DNA from: an uncultured Nitrososphaerales archaeon
GTDB taxonomy: Archaea; Thermoproteota; Nitrososphaeria; Nitrososphaerales; Nitrososphaeraceae
Direction of reading: 5' to 3'
Assembly: GCA_963841565.1 (NCBI GenBank)
Contig: CAWJCY010000005.1
Location: 1-32,000, forward strand
DNA: 32,000 nucleotides
Each line of letters opens with the position of its first letter. Within the stretch, counting starts at the first letter, position 1. A program made the position numbers and the translations under genes. Positions 27,119 through 32,000 of the stretch are shown here, one piece after another. Below the pieces are notes generated by a model that saw only the letters and a program-made list of their open reading frames with translations, ran no database searches and was not told the DNA's origin.

Positions 27119-27286
27119 ATGCAGGACAGATCGTACCAACAAAAAAAGGCTTTGGTAAGGAGATTCATTAGGAAGAAGAAAACGACTGATACCTCACGTA
27201 TTCTAAATGAAGTCAATATTGACTACGATACCTTGATGTTGGTTCTTGCAGATCTGAGAAACGAAGGCGATCTCCGAAGTGGATGA
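27119..27286 (+). CDS. hypothetical small basic protein, possible mini-wHTH (55 aa)
   Basis: My own translation is MQDRSYQQKKALVRRFIRKKKTTDTSRILNEVNIDYDTLMLVLADLRNEGDLRSG*. TSRILNEV...LMLVLADLRNEGDL resembles a helix-turn-helix plus wing start. It overlaps a 32-codon ORF (27060..27158) across an A7 run. Confidence 0.3.
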   Translation: MQDRSYQQKKALVRRFIRKKKTTDTSRILNEVNIDYDTLMLVLADLRNEGDLRSG

Positions 27287-27401
27287 TTTCCATCTCCATG
27301 GCTGCCTTAGGGCGAGACACACTAAGAAGTAGCAGCGGATACAGGTTTGTCAGGTTAAAAGGCGAAATGCGGCAAAATATAATACCCATAAACTAACAGA
27401 A

Positions 27402-27548
27402 ATGACTGTGATCATCAATACACATAGGTCATGCCTGTTTTGTGAAAAGAAAATATCTGCGAGTGAAAGCTTGTGCGAAGAATGCATGAGTAAATATAGG
27501 ATCAAACAACAGAACTATGACAATGACGGTTGTGACTGTGATCGGTAG
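27402..27548 (+). CDS. small zinc-ribbon microprotein (48 aa)
   Basis: My own translation is MTVIINTHRSCLFCEKKISASESLCEECMSKYRIKQQNYDNDGCDCDR*. It has two CxxC knuckles (CLFC, CEEC) 10 residues apart, plus a terminal CDC. Confidence 0.4.
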   Translation: MTVIINTHRSCLFCEKKISASESLCEECMSKYRIKQQNYDNDGCDCDR

Positions 27549-27590
27549 CTGTTAATTCTTTTAGTCCATTTGCTTACTAGTTTAGCCATA

Positions 27591-27899
27591 TTATGGTGGC
27601 TCGGCGGCAACCGTAAATTGAAGATTCGTTACGTTGCCATTTATGTTTGACAAGTCATACTGCACTTCCTCCAATGACCTCATAGCTTCAGCCGAATCAT
27701 TTTGTTGTATCGCTTGCATTGCATCATTTACATGCATATTAGCACTTTCAATAGAACTCGAGATCATATCGCTTTCTTGGGACTCATCGAATGGTGGCTG
27801 AGGACTGGTTGAATATGCATACATAGGTAAAATCAGCACTACAAAAATAGCAACAGAAAAACTAGCAACAGCAGCGAAAAACCCTTTAGCTCGATCCAT
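27591..27899 (-). CDS. small secreted or membrane-anchored hypothetical protein
   Basis: 102 aa. The N-terminal segment FFAAVASFSVAIFVVLILPMYAYS is hydrophobic, followed by an acidic, helical-looking ectodomain. Confidence 0.5.
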   Translation of the reverse strand: MDRAKGFFAAVASFSVAIFVVLILPMYAYSTSPQPPFDESQESDMISSSIESANMHVNDAMQAIQQNDSAEAMRSLEEVQYDLSNINGNVTNLQFTVAAEPP

Positions 27900-28002
27900 T
27901 AAGATAAGAATTAATTGAAGTAAATATATAAACCTATTATTATTCAGAATAGATCACCCATATATTGCCTGACGTGTTGTACTGACTTCTAAGAAGTCTG
28001 TC

Positions 28003-28500
28003 GTGAGGATCTTTTTTCTTTTTCAATTAACGAAAAATCCTATATTGTACCAAGTGTTATTAGCAAACATGTTAGCTACAACACTCAACCTACCTACTCT
28101 CCAAGACTTACGTACGCTCACTAGATCTGACATAGCGATAATGAGTACATTGTCAGATGTATTCCGGCATAGTCTTGAACTGTATGTCAACATTGATCCC
28201 TTTACTACAAAGGATCCATTCGAAGATCAAGATGATTTTGATTATTACATCATAGTCGATAGAACTGAACCTAGGAGAATTGTGTCGTTAATTGCAATAA
28301 AAAAAGACCCTCTTCCACAACTTTCATGGGGCAATATATTAGGTAACCATCTGACGAAACTCACGATCTCAAAATCTGATGCATACACCTTGAAAACTGA
28401 AATCATGCCAAAAGATACTAATAATTTTTATACTTACAGACGTTCAGGTGTAATATCTGGACTGGTAATGTTCGCATATCAAATATGCGGACGTAAATAA
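28003..28500 (+). CDS. hypothetical protein
   Basis: 165-aa ORF with a GTG start; an internal ATG (MLATTLN...) is more plausible. I recognise no motif confidently. Confidence 0.35.
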   Translation: MRIFFLFQLTKNPILYQVLLANMLATTLNLPTLQDLRTLTRSDIAIMSTLSDVFRHSLELYVNIDPFTTKDPFEDQDDFDYYIIVDRTEPRRIVSLIAIKKDPLPQLSWGNILGNHLTKLTISKSDAYTLKTEIMPKDTNNFYTYRRSGVISGLVMFAYQICGRK

Positions 28501-28550
28501 CTACGAGTAATATACGATTTCCCAAACGGACACTAGCCTCAGGTACTAGT

Positions 28551-29237
28551 CTACATGACCGGTTCTCTCTTCACATACAGTTTTCCTGTGCGATCCTCCG
28601 CTAATCCCATTATGTTAAGAATCTGCCTAGAGTTAATGATGCCTTCGTGTCTTACTATTTTCTCTGCCATCTTTAGCCTGTAATTAGGCGTCCAGTGCTG
28701 ACCGATCTTATACTTTCCTCGTATATCCTGGGGGACAACTTTAATCACACTGACTGCACGTACTGATCGCATGGACTGATTTAGTGATTCATAAAATCCT
28801 TCAGTTTGGTATTTCTCCATCAACATGTTTAATGCAAAAGCCTTTTCGATGGCGTTATCAATCATGAACGCGTTACCCTTTATTACAACACTAATATAGA
28901 GAGTATCTGCTTGTGATGCATCTGTTGGATGAAAATAATACGAGGGCAGAAAGCAGACATGCTGATCCACTTCAAAACCGACTTTTGAATTTCTTTTAAT
29001 ATTTTCAATTTTCTCTCCAAATGGATGCGAATGCATATAGATCGCATCCGAATTGAGCGGAGTAGAATGTTTATTCATTTTCATCTCGTGCTGTGTCTTT
29101 GCGAAAACGAAATTCATGGGTATAACTTGAGGAAATCCATCAATATCAATAGAACATATTCTTCCAACTGGTTGACTATTCAAGAAATCAATTATTCGAT
29201 GCTCGGATTTTATCTGAAATCTATTTGTCAGTTGCAT
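28551..29237 (-). CDS. pyridoxamine 5'-phosphate oxidase-like FMN-binding protein (Pyridox_ox_2 / NimA-like split-barrel)
   Basis: 228 aa. IIDFLNSQPVGRICSIDIDGFPQVIPMNFVF...IYMHSHPFGEKIENIKRNSKVGFEVDQ...ISVVIKGNAFMID follows the split-barrel flavoprotein pattern. Confidence 0.7.
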   Translation of the reverse strand: MQLTNRFQIKSEHRIIDFLNSQPVGRICSIDIDGFPQVIPMNFVFAKTQHEMKMNKHSTPLNSDAIYMHSHPFGEKIENIKRNSKVGFEVDQHVCFLPSYYFHPTDASQADTLYISVVIKGNAFMIDNAIEKAFALNMLMEKYQTEGFYESLNQSMRSVRAVSVIKVVPQDIRGKYKIGQHWTPNYRLKMAEKIVRHEGIINSRQILNIMGLAEDRTGKLYVKREPVM

Positions 29238-29888
29238 CTCATGTTACTTCCTGTTTATTATGCCCTTTCTAATAAACTAGTATCCAGACAGGGCTCCATG
29301 TTCACCTCATATCACTGTCTATTTATTGGGGGGAGATCATGAGCTTGTGCAAATGCATGTACGGATCCAAACTCAAATTTTGGGATTTTGCGCTTGTATT
29401 GTTCCATACTTTGTGTCGACATATTTAATCTCAATCTAGAGATTTAGTCCTGTGAACGTCACAGCATTAAAAACCATTTGAAGTTTCATATTTCATTATC
29501 GAGGATCTAATCTTTGTTTCTCAAGGCAAGATAAACAAAATTTAGAGAAAAACTCAATTTCTCAACCTAACCAAGATTAAGTGCTGAAGGTCTTCACTGT
29601 TTAAAATATCACTAGAGGGAGGAACTCAACATCCTTACCATAATATAGTATGAGGTTCTGTTGTAATAGAAAAGGTTCTGTAAGAAATATTCTGTTGTGA
29701 AGAAAATTCTTAGTGCAAGAACAGATCCTTACGGATTATTTTCTTGATAATTTTCTCATTTGTAGGAAACTAATCACCAATACGGTAAAGGATCCATATA
29801 TCACAAAGACAAAACTTGAAGAGTAAAACAATCCTAATTGTATTTCATTGAACATAACTTAAATAATGATAATTATCATTAATCTGTT

Positions 29889-30695
29889 ATGTTTAACGTT
29901 GAAATGTCAATTTGCATGGATTTTCTTTTCCAATTTTTGAATCTAATTCAAAATTATTCTCATTCATTCCCTTCATCGATTTCATTGGTTGCATCTGGAT
30001 CTCTTAATTTTATGAATATCATAAATGTCCAAGACCTTCTTACCTCCACTATTGCCTTATTTGTAGTAATGGATCCTATCGGCGTAATACCTTTATATGT
30101 TTCACTTACGAGAAACATGCCAAACAATGAGCGTAAAGTAATTTCCTCTAACGCAGTAATAACCACAGGTATTTTGTTGCTGGTATTCGCAATTGCTGGG
30201 ACTACGATCCTGAGTATATTTGGAATAACCATTTCCAGCTTCATGATAGCTGGCGGTATCCTTTTGTTTATAGTTGCAATTGAATTACTGACGCGGGGAG
30301 AATGGACCCTTGGCAATCCTAGAACTATTGCAAATATTGGAAAGAAATCTCCAGATACGGCAAAAAATCTGAACCCTGATACTGAGAGCGCGCCTGGAGG
30401 TGAATCAGGGGTAGTTCCTCTAGCATTTCCATTGCTTGCAGGGCCAGGAGCCATTACATCAGTAATGATCTCTTATCAATCTAACGGGCTGTTGACTTCA
30501 ATATTGTCAATTGCAATTGTCATTGGTCTTACTTTCATGATCCTTAGAATAGCTGAATCTATAAACAGATTACTTGGGCAACGGGGATCTATGATCGTTA
30601 CGAGGGTTTTTGCAGTGATTGTTGCAGCTATAGCAGTTCAATACATTATACAAGGAACAGGTCAAACCATTGTTGACTTGCGACTTAATATTTAA
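29889..30695 (+). CDS. MarC family (UPF0056) integral membrane protein
   Basis: IALFVVMDPIGVIPLYVSLT is the family's N-terminal signature, and the protein has about 6 TM helices and a PLLAGPGAIT motif. The probable true start is the ATG at 30012 (MNIINVQDLL...) rather than 29889. An unusual hydrophilic insert (GNPRTIANIGKKSPDTAKNLNPDTESAPGGESG) is present. Confidence 0.8.
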   Translation: MFNVEMSICMDFLFQFLNLIQNYSHSFPSSISLVASGSLNFMNIINVQDLLTSTIALFVVMDPIGVIPLYVSLTRNMPNNERKVISSNAVITTGILLLVFAIAGTTILSIFGITISSFMIAGGILLFIVAIELLTRGEWTLGNPRTIANIGKKSPDTAKNLNPDTESAPGGESGVVPLAFPLLAGPGAITSVMISYQSNGLLTSILSIAIVIGLTFMILRIAESINRLLGQRGSMIVTRVFAVIVAAIAVQYIIQGTGQTIVDLRLNI

Positions 30696-31193
30696 GCTAA
30701 AACAAGCCACCGTTGCTCTTTTGAGGATTATTGCTTCCAACGTTAGAAGTCTATCGGTCTATCCCAGGGAGTAAGAGTTTGCCTGAACTATTTAGTCATC
30801 ATTGCTTAATGTCTACCATCCAATTAATCGCTGTATATTAATAATGTGCAAACCGGTGCATCAACGATGCCTGGTAAGGGAATTTAGAGTGTATTAACTC
30901 GTGCTTAAGTAGAGAACGTAAGGGTAAACTTGAATGAGCTGCCTGTTCTTGAATCACTGTGAGAATCACTGATTCTTGTCTTAGAATCAATTATTCTTGG
31001 GCAATTATTATGAGTCGTATTTATTTGATTGACCGTTCCAATATCATCATCCTAGTATGTCGAACCTGAGAATTAGAATTTCATGCTACGATAAAAATTA
31101 CCACTCTTATCTAATATTTCGAAGCGGTTTGTAAGATGGCAAACAAGGAAAATTTAATAGTAAGCCTAGAAAAATTGGAGATCTCGCACCAAA

Positions 31194-31901
31194 TTGATCC
31201 TATTCTACCTTTTCCCGATCATTCTCTCAGAATTAGTATTTGCTACATCAAATACTGTATCGAATACAGCTGATCACGGCATTTTCGGGAATATGATTGA
31301 ACTAATAACTGGTTGGATAGCTAATTATGGATATCCATCAGTATTCGCTGCTGCTTTATTAGAAAATCTTTTTCCGCCTATTCCTAGCGAATTAGTATTT
31401 CCATTGGTCGGTTTCTCTGCTCAGACAAATGATCTTGGAATTGCAGGAGCAATAGGGATGGCTCTCATAGGGGCAGTCGGCTCCACAGTCGGAGCAATAA
31501 TAATATACTATATCGCTTTAAAGATAGGACTGCCGGCTATAACCAGGATTGGTAAACGATACCACCTAATTTCAGAATCAGATATAAAAAAGACAGAGAC
31601 ATGGTTTGTTAGACACGGTGAACTAGCGGTATTCCTTGGTAGGATGGCTCCAGGGATTCGTGAATTGATTTCCATACCGGCAGGGATTGCTGAAATGAAT
31701 ATTGTTAGATTCACATTTTTTACATTTATAGGATCATGTGTTTGGAGCTTATTTCTAACATTAATAGGATTTTTCATTGGAGATGCATGGATTAGATTTT
31801 ACGGTGATTATTCTCAAATCTTTGATATAGCAGGGATCACATTGATTCTGGTAATAGTTGCAATTGTCGCTCTAAGATATTATAAGGGAAGACAGGAGTA
31901 A
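31194..31901 (+). CDS. DedA family (SNARE-associated / VTT domain) membrane protein
   Basis: NYGYPSVFAAALLENLFPPIPSELVFPLVGF and HGELAVFLGRMAPGIRELISIPAGIAEM are classic DedA motifs. The start is TTG at 31194, and the ATG at 31293 (MIELITGW...) is the more typical family start. Confidence 0.9.
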   Translation: MILFYLFPIILSELVFATSNTVSNTADHGIFGNMIELITGWIANYGYPSVFAAALLENLFPPIPSELVFPLVGFSAQTNDLGIAGAIGMALIGAVGSTVGAIIIYYIALKIGLPAITRIGKRYHLISESDIKKTETWFVRHGELAVFLGRMAPGIRELISIPAGIAEMNIVRFTFFTFIGSCVWSLFLTLIGFFIGDAWIRFYGDYSQIFDIAGITLILVIVAIVALRYYKGRQE

Positions 31902-32000
31902 CATATGTATTGACTGTTTAGCAGACTTGCATGCCTTGGTTGAACCTCCTTAGGATGATTGCTAAGCATATGGTTTCCGTCTATTAGTATCATCTGGTTG

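Noticed and set aside
1-32000. Search for tRNA, rRNA, IS elements, integrases, or toxin-antitoxin or defence gene signatures.
   Set aside because: I saw no T-arm/GTTCRANYC-type tRNA signatures, no rRNA-like conserved blocks, no transposase or integrase motifs and no terminal inverted repeats flanking a gene. The window looks like core chromosome plus a few lineage-specific small genes.

Overview
The window is AT-rich archaeal chromosomal DNA, almost certainly from an ammonia-oxidising thaumarchaeon (class Nitrososphaeria, probably a soil-clade or Nitrososphaerales-like lineage). This placement rests on a near-canonical archaeal AmoC, a CdvB-type ESCRT-III protein, an adenosylcobalamin class II ribonucleotide reductase, CDC48, a thiolase+DUF35 pair, ThiC, Dps and many small winged-helix regulators. 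I support about 30 CDS, several below the 60-aa cutoff of the ORF track. I saw no rRNA, tRNA, CRISPR array, transposase or integrase. Five observations stand out. (1) Gene 18457..20574 fuses an ArsR-like wHTH, an ATP-cone and a degenerate anaerobic-RNR (NrdD)-like body that appears to lack the glycyl-radical tail. It sits between a cdvB paralogue and the real RNR gene nrdJ, making it a candidate nucleotide-sensing regulator or pseudoenzyme, functionally analogous to bacterial NrdR. (2) Gene 9477..10703 encodes a signal-peptide protein built from six different in-frame tandem-repeat families, including 15 perfect copies of a 15-bp unit and His/Asp/Lys-rich and DxDxDG-like modules. It is a candidate extracellular metal or calcium-binding, length-variable protein. 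(3) A solitary amoC has no amoA, amoB or amoX nearby and is divergent from nrdJ. (4) There are several stand-alone zinc-finger microproteins, one with a near-canonical C2H2 finger. (5) There are candidate small regulatory elements: a C/D-box-like sRNA, a promoter-proximal 25-bp tandem duplication, and operator-like repeats. All functional calls come from motif recognition by eye; no database search was run.
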